Part shown: positions 39,936 through 50,225 of the stretch, piece by piece
How the letters are laid out: every line of letters starts with the position of its first letter
Position numbering within the stretch: the first letter of the stretch is position 1
Assembly (NCBI GenBank): GCA_937893225.1
Contig: CALBJM010000331.1
Coordinates: 3,346-67,345, forward strand
Origin: an uncultured Erysipelotrichaceae bacterium
GTDB taxonomy: Bacteria > Bacillota_I > Bacilli_A > Erysipelotrichales > Erysipelotrichaceae
Direction: 5' to 3'
Length of the DNA stretch: 64,000 bases
Notes under the pieces: generated by a model
What the model saw: only the letters and a program-made list of their open reading frames with translations
The model's database searches: none
What the model was told of the DNA's origin: nothing
Translations under genes and position numbers: made by a program

Positions 39936-40646
39936 TTATTCACCGATTTTTCTTACAGGAACATCTAGACCTTGTTTCAAGGAAACAAGAAGGTAGTTTA
40001 AATTACCTTTAGTTAAATTGATGTCAGGCCAAATATCATATTCCTTTAACGGATAGTAGTTATGCAATGAAACCCATTTGTCAATTTTCTTGATGAATGT
40101 TGAGATTTGGAAAATGTCACGACACTCTTCTGTTAAACGGTCACCAGCATATTCAATCTTTTTCCATTCACTGATTACCTGTTCTTTTGTCTTCGTTAAA
40201 ACATGTTTAGGAATCGTTACAATGACTTTATCATCACCGTCAGGAATATGTTCAGGTTTTTCATCAGCAATAATTGTAGCGTCTTTATTTTCATTTGTAG
40301 ACGGTGTTGATTGAACTTTTTGCAATGTACTGTTTGTAGGAACTGTATCCGCAACTTTTGTCGTATGTGTCACAATATCATTCGTAATTGTTTCTGTGAC
40401 TTTGCCTAATTTTAACGCTCTATATTCATCCCATCTTTTCTTTACTGCTGCACGGGCTTTATTGCTTTTATCCACTTGCTTCTGATTCTGTTTATCAAGC
40501 ATATATTTGATGACTACCCACGCTTTGCAATCTTCAACATTATATTCAGGATAAAAAAGAATTCCCTTCATAACTTCTGTCTGTTTTTCAGGCGGTAGTG
40601 TTGAGATGATATCTTTAAATTCAGGCTCAATTACGACTTTAAACAT
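39936..40646 (-). CDS. DUF6291-like / replication-initiator N-domain protein
   Basis: LPPEKQ....GILFY...IKYMLD....KARAAVKKRW pattern; own promoter TTGACA-N17-TAATAT at 40720-40692. Confidence 0.55.
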   Translation of the reverse strand: MFKVVIEPEFKDIISTLPPEKQTEVMKGILFYPEYNVEDCKAWVVIKYMLDKQNQKQVDKSNKARAAVKKRWDEYRALKLGKVTETITNDIVTHTTKVADTVPTNSTLQKVQSTPSTNENKDATIIADEKPEHIPDGDDKVIVTIPKHVLTKTKEQVISEWKKIEYAGDRLTEECRDIFQISTFIKKIDKWVSLHNYYPLKEYDIWPDINLTKGNLNYLLVSLKQGLDVPVRKIGE

Positions 40647-41026
40647 AAACGAATAGTCTCCTATATAGTTTAAATCTATTTAGATGCCTTCATATTATCC
40701 CTGTATTTCATTGTTGTCAATATCCATTTTTGTATTTGTATCACTTTTTTATTGTCTAACAAATCATTGTTTGTTTACATCAGATACGTTTCATACATAT
40801 GTATAAGTCGTATGGCTTCTAGATTTTCTATATAAGGTTTATGTAGTTAAAGATAGTTTGTATAACTATTGTAAACATTCTACATATTCTACATTCTATA
40901 CATTTTTTACGTTTGTATGTTTTGTATATAATGTACCCATTTTAAAGCTTTATACAACGAAAAATCTTGACAATACGTTGTTTATGTAATAAAGTAATAT
41001 TTGTAAACTAATGGAAAGGAATAAGA

Positions 41027-41359
41027 ATGCCTATTTGTTATGTATGTGAATCAAGTCTAGCATTGCCGACAGGTGTGGCTACTGAAGAATGCAATTTATC
41101 TATCCGTGAAGTTATCAATGAAGCTAAAGAAGTTGTAGTGACAGGAAAATATGTTTATACGATGTCACCATTCTTTCTTCAATCGTTGATTTTGTTTGCA
41201 GATAAAGAGGGTGTTTTGAATAATTGGAAATTTATATTATTGCATAACAATGGTACTAAAGAAGATAAAACTGAACATCGTGAAGAGTTGTTTGAAATGA
41301 TGTCATCACCTTTAGATGAACTGTTTATGGTAACATATAAAGATGACCAAAACATATAA
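41027..41359 (+). CDS. paralog of the C-domain of 32741..33244
   Basis: CESS.ALP....ECNLS...VYTMSP...VLNNW. Confidence 0.7.
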   Translation: MPICYVCESSLALPTGVATEECNLSIREVINEAKEVVVTGKYVYTMSPFFLQSLILFADKEGVLNNWKFILLHNNGTKEDKTEHREELFEMMSSPLDELFMVTYKDDQNI

Positions 41360-41660
41360 AACAATCATTAACACTATTGTCAAGAAGATGAAAGGTTACG
41401 AATGGAAAGTTCGTGATACTGATGATTATAGTTTAAAGTTGTCTGGTAGTGTACAATCATTCGATATCATCGGTCCTATTATAAAGGTGTGGTGTTGTAT
41501 TGTATATACATACAATAATCAACATGAACGAATCTATCAGCCTTTATCTTTTGAAAGACAATGGTTGACTATTAAAGATATTGAGAATTATTCTTTTAAG
41601 ATTGAAGGCTATAACTTTGTTTTAGAAGATATTGGTAACAGTATATTGACCAATCTATAA
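41343..41660 (+). CDS. C-terminal-tag family protein
   Basis: ends DIGNSILTNL. Confidence 0.75.
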   Translation: MTKTYKTIINTIVKKMKGYEWKVRDTDDYSLKLSGSVQSFDIIGPIIKVWCCIVYTYNNQHERIYQPLSFERQWLTIKDIENYSFKIEGYNFVLEDIGNSILTNL

Positions 41661-41675
41661 AGAGAAAATCGAACT

Positions 41676-42080
41676 ATGATGTATACCCATCAAACCAAAA
41701 AATTGAGTAATTTAAAAGGTTCACCGAATAATCGTGCAGTATCTTGTGTTGGGTTTATCTTGAATAGATATGACAGACGACGTTTGAATAAACTGATAAA
41801 TATCTTTGGCAATAAACTAATTAGTGTCAAAAATGCTCTTTGCAGTCGAAACTTTTACATTGAAAAATGTATTCGCATATCATACTTTGAATATGATTCT
41901 GAATATGTAGCAACCTTTAAGTGTACAGATAAAATAGTTTTGCAAGTCATTATCAAGGAAAATTTATTTAATGACTTGTTGAAATATAGAAATGATTGTA
42001 TTGATTTTGACATGTGTGATTATGACTTGTTTTATGTTAAGACTTTAGATATTGGCAATATGACATTGAAAGATATTTAA
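41676..42080 (+). CDS. C-terminal-tag family protein, NRYDRRR subgroup
   Basis: ends DIGNMTLKDI. Confidence 0.75.
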   Translation: MMYTHQTKKLSNLKGSPNNRAVSCVGFILNRYDRRRLNKLINIFGNKLISVKNALCSRNFYIEKCIRISYFEYDSEYVATFKCTDKIVLQVIIKENLFNDLLKYRNDCIDFDMCDYDLFYVKTLDIGNMTLKDI

Positions 42081-42106
42081 TCAACAGCTATATAGGAAAG
42101 TTTATC

Positions 42107-42397
42107 ATGTCTACTTTAATTGTAGCCAATAAAATCATTAAGAATGTCGCTATAGTGAATAAACAAAAGAATAAGTTGTCTATCCGTATGCCAACAAAAG
42201 ATTCAAATTATTTTAAACACGATTTACAATGTGTTAATATGAATGATAAAGCATTGTATGATGCATACAAAAGAAGTTGTGCATGTACATTGTATATTGA
42301 TGATAAGGCTTTTCCTAATTGCATTGCTACGAACATTAGAAAGTCTAGATTAATTGGGCAACGTATTGTTACATTTGTGGTAGAGAATGATCTGTGA
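42107..42397 (+). CDS. hypothetical protein
   Basis: 96 aa, SD present. Confidence 0.55.
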   Translation: MSTLIVANKIIKNVAIVNKQKNKLSIRMPTKDSNYFKHDLQCVNMNDKALYDAYKRSCACTLYIDDKAFPNCIATNIRKSRLIGQRIVTFVVENDL

Positions 42398-42501
42398 CAA
42401 TGGTTATTTTATCGATGCATTTTAAAATTATGCATTAAATGTTTTATAAACAAGTTATCCCCGCATCTTTTGTTATAACTTTAATGACATTGTAATCATC
42501 A

Positions 42502-42813
42502 TCAGAAACTATTTGTATATCTGTTTTTTTTAATGCTATCAAGTTTTTCTAATATATAATCACTGATAAACAAGTATTGTATCGAGTTGTTCACTTTATC
42601 ATTTTGCAATGAATAGCATGAGCATTGAATAGGTGTAAAACCAATTATTTTTTCTTTTATATAACGATCGTCTTTTTTGCGCAACAACACTGATTCAATA
42701 AAGAAATGAATATGATGTTTGAAATGCTGAATTGTGGCATCAATATCAAATTGCATACCTTTTAATAAATCTGTGATAAGAATATCTGTATGATTTGGGC
42801 GAAGAATTGTCAT
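42502..42813 (-). CDS. hypothetical protein
   Basis: 103 aa, upstream minus-strand TTGACA at about 42878. Confidence 0.5.
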   Translation of the reverse strand: MTILRPNHTDILITDLLKGMQFDIDATIQHFKHHIHFFIESVLLRKKDDRYIKEKIIGFTPIQCSCYSLQNDKVNNSIQYLFISDYILEKLDSIKKNRYTNSF

Positions 42814-42948
42814 GTGTGATTACTGTTAAACGTTGCTTTTGATGTAGCTACTATAATCCAAACATATTCAAATTGTCAATGTTTTTATATATTGACAAAT
42901 GTCGTCTTTTATTATAGTATTGCTAATAAACTTAATAGGGTGAGTGAT

Positions 42949-43286
42949 ATGCTTGATGATACAGATGAATTGAATGCTTTTGCTGATAAGCTAGCAAAAC
43001 ATTTATCAACTATTAAAGAAAACGGAGTATCTGAATTTGAAGTCCTTCAATATGAAAAGGATAAAAGTTTTTTAGTATTAACAAAAATACTGGACAATAT
43101 TGTTTAGTCAGTACATCACGTGAAATTTATATCCCTGAAACAACTTTTTGTGAATTGAATATTGATGATTTTGATATGTTGTATAAATATCAAGACAATC
43201 TGAATGAATTAGATATTTATATTTATATGAATGATGCTACTATCAAAATTCGTGATATTGGTGAAACAACATTGAATAAACTTTAA
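42949..43286 (+). pseudogene. frameshifted tag-family gene, paralog of 46964..47299
   Basis: one extra T in T6 (43068-43073) joins LNAFADKLAKHLS... to ...IDDFDMLYKY...DIGETTLNKL*. Confidence 0.75.
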
Positions 43287-43684
43287 ATGTTTTCAAGACA
43301 TACGGTACCAATGTCTTTTTCTTTTACTACATATACATTTATTTGTTTATTGAATTCAAGTTTAACTTGACCTCGCTTTAATTTAGAAACATGTGACAAC
43401 AATTTATTGTCAATATGAATTACATCAGTTAAATATATTGGTTCATCCATATCAGTAAACGATACGACATTTAAAAGAATCGGTGTCATATGCTCATCTA
43501 ATATATAGCTATTACTGTTGTCAAACTGTATTGTGGCTTTTTTAATATAAAACCTTTGCTTAAGATATTGACCACCTTGTAGTTTTAATATCTCATCAGT
43601 GTATGAGATACCTTGCAACAAATTTGTAAGCGTTGTATTTATATCATTATTATTATTATTATTATTATTATTAATCATAAACAA
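43283..43684 (-). CDS. C-terminal-tag family protein (minus strand, poly-Asn N-terminus)
   Basis: ends DIGTVCLENI; (ATT)9 at 43646-43672. Confidence 0.75.
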   Translation of the reverse strand: MFMINNNNNNNNNDINTTLTNLLQGISYTDEILKLQGGQYLKQRFYIKKATIQFDNSNSYILDEHMTPILLNVVSFTDMDEPIYLTDVIHIDNKLLSHVSKLKRGQVKLEFNKQINVYVVKEKDIGTVCLENI

Positions 43685-43789
43685 ACCTTAACCATTTATC
43701 TGCTATTAGAAGATAGCAACTGTATCGTTTTCTGTCAACACAAAGTTATTGATTGACAATTCTCTCATGATATAGTAATTTAAAATTTA

Positions 43790-44164
43790 ATGAAGATTCT
43801 TAAGGAAATGATTATGCAACCTTTAGGTTTTATGGAATTATCTAAAAAGCAAATTAAGTTATTGATTAGCAAATTGGATAAAGTTACTTTTCAGTGTGGT
43901 GATGATAGTTACAAATATGTTTGTCCACGTCCATGTTGCATTTTTGACACTGTAGAAGTAGTTAAAGATGATGACGATATTGTATGGTACTATATTGAAG
44001 TGAAAGCATTCTCTACCGTTAACAACTATATCTCTTTTAAAGGTTGTTGGATTAAACAAAAAGAATTCGAATATTTTCTAAAACATAAAATGAGTTTTCA
44101 TATTGATAATTGCGATAAATTAGTTTTAGAAGATATTGGACAAACCACTTTAAACAATATTTGA
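43790..44164 (+). CDS. C-terminal-tag family protein
   Basis: ends DIGQTTLNNI. Confidence 0.75.
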   Translation: MKILKEMIMQPLGFMELSKKQIKLLISKLDKVTFQCGDDSYKYVCPRPCCIFDTVEVVKDDDDIVWYYIEVKAFSTVNNYISFKGCWIKQKEFEYFLKHKMSFHIDNCDKLVLEDIGQTTLNNI

Positions 44165-44278
44165 TTATAACGAATTTATTGTCTGTCAACACAAACACTG
44201 TATTGACAATAATCATTTTATGGTATACTATATACATATAAGTTATGAAAGAGAGGTTGGATGAGATGACAAATTGAG

Positions 44279-44629
44279 ATGACAAATCAGTTGGCATTCA
44301 CAGGTGCTTTTAAGTTATCAAAAGATAATAAAAGGTGTTTAATGAAAAAGTTGAACGGTATTATTGTTGACGATAACATTGTCAGATGTGAGCGCTTGCG
44401 TGATATGGAAACTCAAGTCTATACATATGAAGATAATAATAGCAACGAGTTTTATGATGTAGGTATTGCTGTAAATGGTTTAGATAATGTCTCTTTAGGT
44501 TTTAACTATTTACGAATGCCAGCAGAAGTTTTTAAAGCTGTTTTAAACAGAAATGTAAAGTTTCGTGTTAATAAAGATTGGACCGTTGATATTGAAGATA
44601 TTGGTCTTGCTGTTTTGAACGAGATTTAA
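44279..44629 (+). CDS. C-terminal-tag family protein
   Basis: ends DIGLAVLNEI. Confidence 0.75.
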   Translation: MTNQLAFTGAFKLSKDNKRCLMKKLNGIIVDDNIVRCERLRDMETQVYTYEDNNSNEFYDVGIAVNGLDNVSLGFNYLRMPAEVFKAVLNRNVKFRVNKDWTVDIEDIGLAVLNEI

Positions 44630-44631
44630 CC

Positions 44632-45000
44632 ATGCAATATGATAGTAAGTTGACCAAAAAAGAACGTGTTTGCATTGCAAAAAACATTCGCGGTTTAAAG
44701 TTCAGTGAAAGCTATTTTGATTACCAAGAAGGATGTGAACGTGATGTTGTATACAGTCTTGATAACATTACTGAAAAAAGTATTGGTACATCATATCAAC
44801 CACCGTTTACAGATGATGATTGTGTAATGTTTGATGTGACTTGTGAAGTTGTTGGTGATGACAAACAGTTTCGTCGAATCTCTGTATTTGCTGAACCTGA
44901 TTTGTTTGATAGAATGAAAAAGAAAGAAGTGTATGTAACAATCAATGGATATGTGTTTTATGAATGTGACATTGGTAATAAAGTATTGAACGATGTCTAA
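44632..45000 (+). CDS. C-terminal-tag family protein
   Basis: ends DIGNKVLNDV. Confidence 0.75.
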   Translation: MQYDSKLTKKERVCIAKNIRGLKFSESYFDYQEGCERDVVYSLDNITEKSIGTSYQPPFTDDDCVMFDVTCEVVGDDKQFRRISVFAEPDLFDRMKKKEVYVTINGYVFYECDIGNKVLNDV

Positions 45001-45376
45001 AATATGTTTCAAAAAGCTGTATGATCAGGAACCTGATTCAACCGGTATTGTACATACTAAAAGCTTTATAGGTAATCGTTTTGATAGACGAAGAATGAAG
45101 AAGCTTAAGAAGTATCTTTTATCATCTACGTTCAACACAAAATTTCTTTCTAATTTTAAACCAGACAATGTTTTTGGTATAATGTATGATAAAATTGACA
45201 ACATATTTCTATTGGGCTTTGAGAAAGATGATGTATATTTCTTTTTAATGATTAAAAAAGATTTGTATGATGCCTTTCTTAATTGTAATGAAAAAGATTT
45301 ATATATTGATTTTAATGGGGAAAATTTTATTTTAAATGTACATTCTATTGGGAGTGTGTGTATGAATGACATCTAA
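44993..45376 (+). CDS. C-terminal-tag family protein, NRFDRRR subgroup
   Basis: ends SIGSVCMNDI. Confidence 0.75.
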   Translation: MSKICFKKLYDQEPDSTGIVHTKSFIGNRFDRRRMKKLKKYLLSSTFNTKFLSNFKPDNVFGIMYDKIDNIFLLGFEKDDVYFFLMIKKDLYDAFLNCNEKDLYIDFNGENFILNVHSIGSVCMNDI

Positions 45377-45710
45377 AGTAAAACATATATCATTTGAGCA
45401 AAAAGTAAAATGGTTACGTAATTTCTTTTGTGAAAAAACATTTATCATATTTAATACTATTAACAACACATATGAAACGGTTGTATGCACAAAGCTTGAT
45501 AGCATTGTTAATACTGAAAAAGATTATGTGGCAATATATGATAGCAATAATAATCCATATTCTTTTTGGCACATTCATGTTGATGTTGATACTTTTAATA
45601 TGATAATGTCAATTGACAATAATAGGTTTAAGGTTAAGTTTGCAGGTCGTCATAGTAATCTTCGATTATATATTACAGATATTGGTGAGAGTTGCATGAA
45701 TGAATTGTGA
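45366..45710 (+). CDS. C-terminal-tag family protein
   Basis: ends DIGESCMNEL. Confidence 0.75.
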   Translation: MTSKVKHISFEQKVKWLRNFFCEKTFIIFNTINNTYETVVCTKLDSIVNTEKDYVAIYDSNNNPYSFWHIHVDVDTFNMIMSIDNNRFKVKFAGRHSNLRLYITDIGESCMNEL

Positions 45711-46074
45711 TAAAGTACGAATGTGCAATAACATTGATAAATTAAATAGTTGGCTACAGGGTCAAGGATTAATCATATATAATGAATTCACCAATACTTA
45801 TGAACATATCAGACATTTAAAAGTGGTTGACAATGACATTGAAAACAAATTGAATAAAGACCATAAATTTGTTGAATTATCATGTACAGGAAAAATAAAT
45901 GTCTATACTGTATTTGAAGATGTTTTTTTAAGCTTGATAGTAAAGAAACAGTTGCTTGAACAGCTTGATAAATTTGATAGCAGTCTTTTTAAAATAAAAG
46001 ATATAACACACTACAAACATGCGATTTATTTTGATGTTGAAGATTGTGGTAATGTATGTTTAAATAGTATTTAA
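45700..46074 (+). CDS. C-terminal-tag family protein
   Basis: ends DCGNVCLNSI. Confidence 0.75.
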   Translation: MNCDKVRMCNNIDKLNSWLQGQGLIIYNEFTNTYEHIRHLKVVDNDIENKLNKDHKFVELSCTGKINVYTVFEDVFLSLIVKKQLLEQLDKFDSSLFKIKDITHYKHAIYFDVEDCGNVCLNSI

Positions 46075-46094
46075 TATGAAAGAAGGTAATCAAT

Positions 46095-46427
46095 ATGATA
46101 TTGTCGAAGAAAGATAGAATCATTTTAGCAAAAGCGTTTAACGAAAAGACGTTTACTGATGGTGATTATTCATATACTGTTGAAACAATATCATATAAAG
46201 ATGTTGGTGAAGTTTGTGACGACGCTATTATTAATGGTATTGATTATTGTGTCATTGAGGTATTATGTAAAGTTAGATGTAAGTGCAAAACTATCAAGTC
46301 ACATTTTGGTTTGTTAATAAAGAAAGATTATTTGAGTTATATTTTAAGCAATCATGTAAAAGTGTATATTGATAGCTTTGTAGTTTATATTGCTGATTCA
46401 GGTAATGTCGTTTTGGATTCATTGTAA
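46095..46427 (+). CDS. C-terminal-tag family protein
   Basis: ends DSGNVVLDSL. Confidence 0.75.
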   Translation: MILSKKDRIILAKAFNEKTFTDGDYSYTVETISYKDVGEVCDDAIINGIDYCVIEVLCKVRCKCKTIKSHFGLLIKKDYLSYILSNHVKVYIDSFVVYIADSGNVVLDSL

Positions 46428-46469
46428 ATTAAAAGTTTTATTTTACATTTAATATGAGCAGGATAAACA

Positions 46470-46904
46470 TTGAAAAAAAGAATAGGACACAATTGCCAAT
46501 CATTTAAAAAGTTATCAGAACAAACAGACGATTGGGTGTATTCAACAATCTTTTTGGGTAACCGTTATGAAAGAAGAAGATTAACATTTCTGATTTCATT
46601 ACTGTTTGGTAATTATGCAAACAAACCTGTCATTTATGATCATATAAAGAAAGAAGTTTTAATTCCGGAATGCCTTTATATAATAACATATAATAATTCC
46701 AGCAAAACATATTTTTTTAATATAAAATATAAAAACCATAAAGCAAATAGCAATTGTTGTAATGTAGTTGTTTCTAAAGATTTATGGGATGAGATGATTC
46801 ATTTAAAAAACAAATTTATGGATTTATGTTTTGAAATTGATAAAAATAATGTTGTCCATATAGTAAAACAACATGCAGGTTACTCATGTCTGAATAGTAT
46901 TTAA
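46470..46904 (+). CDS. C-terminal-tag family protein, NRYERRR subgroup (close paralog of 47325..47792)
   Basis: ends HAGYSCLNSI. Confidence 0.75.
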   Translation: MKKRIGHNCQSFKKLSEQTDDWVYSTIFLGNRYERRRLTFLISLLFGNYANKPVIYDHIKKEVLIPECLYIITYNNSSKTYFFNIKYKNHKANSNCCNVVVSKDLWDEMIHLKNKFMDLCFEIDKNNVVHIVKQHAGYSCLNSI

Positions 46905-46963
46905 AAGCAGTTGACATCTGTTGTTTGTTATTGTAATATATTTAATATGATCAATGGGAAATT

Positions 46964-47299
46964 GTGATTGAAATGAAGTTAACTAATAAACAATTGAAAG
47001 CTTTTGCTGATAAGTTGTCCAGACATTTATCCAAATGTAAAGAGAATTGGATATCTGAAAATGCGTTTATTGAGTATATAAAAGAAGATAACTTCATTGA
47101 TGTTGTTAATGGTAATTATCGATTGATGACAACGTGTCGTGTACAATATCTTCCAGAAATAGAATATTGTATTTTAGGCATTGATGATTTTGATGTGTTG
47201 TATAAATATAGAAACAAGCTTAATCAGCTAGATGTCTATATTGCCGATGAAACGATTAAAGTTAGATCAATTGGTCAGATAACATTAAACGAACTGTAG
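46964..47299 (+). CDS. C-terminal-tag family protein
   Basis: ends SIGQITLNEL. Confidence 0.75.
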   Translation: MIEMKLTNKQLKAFADKLSRHLSKCKENWISENAFIEYIKEDNFIDVVNGNYRLMTTCRVQYLPEIEYCILGIDDFDVLYKYRNKLNQLDVYIADETIKVRSIGQITLNEL

Positions 47300-47324
47300 A
47301 ATGTTGTTTAGGACAGGTTTAGCA

Positions 47325-47792
47325 ATGACCAATAAAATAGGCTTTAAAAGGATAAAAGGTTTTAAAAAGAAAAAGCGACGTAATTGTAAGTCTCTTAAAA
47401 AGATGTCTGAACAACATGCTAATTCACTAGGTTGGATGCATTCAACAATCTTTTTAGGTAACCGTTACGATAGAAGACGGTTGTCATTTCTAATATCATT
47501 GTTATTCGATTGTATTCAAGGAAAGCCTGTTTTATACGATTCGAGTAGTTCGCAAATCTTAACACCTGAAAAGATCACAAACGTTTCATATAACGCAATC
47601 GAGAAACAATATTATTTTCAAATTCAATGTGTTGGTTATCATTATGTCCTTTTGATTATTTCACAAAAGTTGTGGCATGAATTGACTCATTTAAAAAACA
47701 AATATAGTGATTTAAAATATGAAACTGATGATATAGGTAACGAACATTTAGAAAAGCGTCAAATTGGGGAAGCGTGTTTAGGTAACATATAA
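47325..47792 (+). CDS. C-terminal-tag family protein, NRYDRRR subgroup
   Basis: ends QIGEACLGNI. Confidence 0.75.
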   Translation: MTNKIGFKRIKGFKKKKRRNCKSLKKMSEQHANSLGWMHSTIFLGNRYDRRRLSFLISLLFDCIQGKPVLYDSSSSQILTPEKITNVSYNAIEKQYYFQIQCVGYHYVLLIISQKLWHELTHLKNKYSDLKYETDDIGNEHLEKRQIGEACLGNI

Positions 47793-47897
47793 ATAAATTT
47801 TTATATAAAATCATATAAATATTCCTTGTATCTTTATTAAAAAGATGATGTCTAAATCTATAGGGTATTACTATCATGAGAGAGATATTTAAAAAGG

Positions 47898-48272
47898 TTG
47901 TTGAGAAAAATAGGTTTTGTAAAAAGATTTTTATTAAATCGTTATGACAGGCGTCGGTGTAATAAAATTAGAAAAGCGTTTGTAGGAAGAAAAACTGAAG
48001 CGTACAATGTAGGTAATGAACAATATGAAAATTTAACAATTGACGATGTGTATTTGCTTTACTATAACAGAAACCTTAATCAATACAGTTTTGTTTTTAC
48101 ATTCTCAAACGGTCACAGCACAACAGTCTTTTTGGATGGAACATTATATGATAACTTGAAACATGTTGATAGCAAACAGTTAGGAACGGTGGTTGTTCTT
48201 TTACATTCAGATCGTTTCGAACAGTACATTGTTTTAAATGATGTCGGAAACACCTGTTTAAAAGAGATTTAA
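47898..48272 (+). CDS. C-terminal-tag family protein, NRYDRRR subgroup
   Basis: ends DVGNTCLKEI. Confidence 0.75.
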   Translation: MLRKIGFVKRFLLNRYDRRRCNKIRKAFVGRKTEAYNVGNEQYENLTIDDVYLLYYNRNLNQYSFVFTFSNGHSTTVFLDGTLYDNLKHVDSKQLGTVVVLLHSDRFEQYIVLNDVGNTCLKEI

Positions 48273-48362
48273 ATTTTGATATCTTTTAAAGTTAAATATT
48301 TTATACATAGGGTGTTGTAAGGTATGATATATTTTGCTTAACAATCAGAAAGATGTTTTGAG

Positions 48363-48716
48363 ATGATTGAAGATGGTATTAATGGTATTATAAAGAAAGT
48401 GTCCGATTGGTTTGTAGGTCGAACGGTTAATATACCTGATTGCAACAAAACTTTAACGATACATGTGAATGAGTTTATTCCTTCAGATACATACCTTCAG
48501 TTTGATGGTCTTTATTTACATTTTTATGGTAAAGATATAAACAATAATGAAGAGAAAATTCGTTTAATTTTGTTTGTTGATATAGATCTTTTTGATGCTG
48601 TAGGATCAACAAACAGTAAATTCTTTAGGTGTTCAAAGAGATTTGTTGCTTTTTTAGGCTATAGACTTTTCTTTGAGCTCGCTGATTTAAATGAAGAGTG
48701 TCTTGAAAGTATTTGA
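48363..48716 (+). CDS. C-terminal-tag family protein (G to N variant)
   Basis: ends DLNEECLESI. Confidence 0.7.
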   Translation: MIEDGINGIIKKVSDWFVGRTVNIPDCNKTLTIHVNEFIPSDTYLQFDGLYLHFYGKDINNNEEKIRLILFVDIDLFDAVGSTNSKFFRCSKRFVAFLGYRLFFELADLNEECLESI

Positions 48717-48728
48717 AAAGGTTATTCT

Positions 48729-49095
48729 ATGCAGTTTAAACATACTAATAAGGACATTATTGATAAATGTGAAGCTATCCTTTTAAAGGTTGTAAACATT
48801 AATGATATTCATTATAGTAATGACATGTTTTCAGCCGGGAGAATTTCAACGATATCTGATCCACCGTATAGAAAAAAAAGAAAAAGGTATATATTTGTTT
48901 GTAAATGCAACAAGACATTCAACAAATAAAAAAGATTCAGTGTTGTGTATTTACGTTTGTAACGAGTTATTAGAACTAGACAAACAAGAAATAATCAATA
49001 AACAATTTAAAATTGAGAATATAAAGAGTAACTTGTTAAATTATTTGAATGTTTTCGAAATTGATATTGGTGAATCTGTTTTGGAATCTTTTTAA
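48729..49095 (+). pseudogene. frameshifted tag-family gene
   Basis: removing one A from A8 (48872-48879) fuses ORFs 48729 and 48802 into a 121-aa protein ending DIGESVLESF. Confidence 0.65.
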
Positions 49096-49466
49096 TGTGT
49101 GGAAGTGTAATGAAAGAAGTAGCAGACCCTTTTATATCACATAATTTTAAACCTTTTTACTTACCATGGGATATTAGAATAGCTTTAGAAGACAATTTAG
49201 AAGGTTTAATTGTGCCATGTGAAAAGAATGAAGCAACAATATTTATTCATTTTTATTTTCATATGCAGACTTTCGAAGGTTTAGATAACGATATCATTGT
49301 ACGTGCTTTTGTAAATGCTGATGGTCATTATCAAGAAAAAACATTTTATTTAGAAAAGACTTTGTTTGATTTCATAAAAGATAAAGTCAATATGGGTTTA
49401 TACATCACAAAAGATTGTCAAATAAAATCATCTTTAATAGGTGAGTTTTTAACCTATGATATTTAG
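49095..49466 (+). CDS. C-terminal-tag family protein
   Basis: ends LIGEFLTYDI. Confidence 0.7.
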   Translation: MCGSVMKEVADPFISHNFKPFYLPWDIRIALEDNLEGLIVPCEKNEATIFIHFYFHMQTFEGLDNDIIVRAFVNADGHYQEKTFYLEKTLFDFIKDKVNMGLYITKDCQIKSSLIGEFLTYDI

Positions 49467-49524
49467 TTGTTGACATTTTCTTTTTAATGTTATACAATGT
49501 TTATATAATTCTTAAAGGTGAACT

Positions 49525-49851
49525 ATGTCGCAAATAATAAACCTACCTAATGAGAAGTTTAATCAGTTAACAGATCAGTTGTATAATCTTAAATTTGAAA
49601 CTGAACGTGGTATCTTTGCAATAGATAGTTATTTTGGGTTTACTCTATATGAAACATTTGATGAAAACTTTTATTTATTGAAGGTTATAGCAGCAAAAGA
49701 AAGTGTAACGAATGAACCTGTTTCAATGTATAACCACACTTTTAAACTTTTAAAATCTATTGTTGATAGCGACAAGGTACAAAAGTTATTCATAAAGGAC
49801 ATGACAATATACCCTGAAAACTTTGGCGAAACTATATTGCAGACACTTTAG
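49525..49851 (+). CDS. C-terminal-tag family protein
   Basis: ends NFGETILQTL. Confidence 0.75.
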   Translation: MSQIINLPNEKFNQLTDQLYNLKFETERGIFAIDSYFGFTLYETFDENFYLLKVIAAKESVTNEPVSMYNHTFKLLKSIVDSDKVQKLFIKDMTIYPENFGETILQTL

Positions 49852-49916
49852 TTTGATTGACTGAATTATTCTTTCATATTGTTATAAAAATTATATTTTG
49901 AAAAGGAACGAATTAC

Positions 49917-50225
49917 ATGACTAATTTTGTAGCTTTTAATGGTAAAACTCTTAAGACAATCTGTAAAGAATTAGGGTTGAACTATACAACTGTTACTCAA
50001 CGAAGAATGAAGAATCCAGGAAAACCCTTGGAAGCATATCTTTATCCTGTTAGAAAGAATCGTGGTGGCAATTGTCGTGCTGATTACTTGACTAATGATG
50101 GTAAACCTATGTATCAACTATTTAAAAATAGTAAATCACAATATTCAAAAATGCTCTACTTAATGGGGAAGAAGAAATTAAGCTTTGATGAAGCTTATTC
50201 TATCGTGATGAAAGAAAACAAGTAA
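49917..50225 (+). CDS. small DNA-binding (HTH-like) protein
   Basis: FNGKTLKTICKELGLNYTTVTQR; LSFDEA. Confidence 0.6.
   Translation: MTNFVAFNGKTLKTICKELGLNYTTVTQRRMKNPGKPLEAYLYPVRKNRGGNCRADYLTNDGKPMYQLFKNSKSQYSKMLYLMGKKKLSFDEAYSIVMKENK

Noticed and set aside
42892..42948. TTG start of ORF 42892..43107
   Set aside because: The TTG is the -35 box of a promoter; ATG 42949 fits the paralog better.
43646..43672. (ATT)9 as a phase-variation switch
   Set aside because: It is an in-frame triplet repeat that only changes poly-Asn length.
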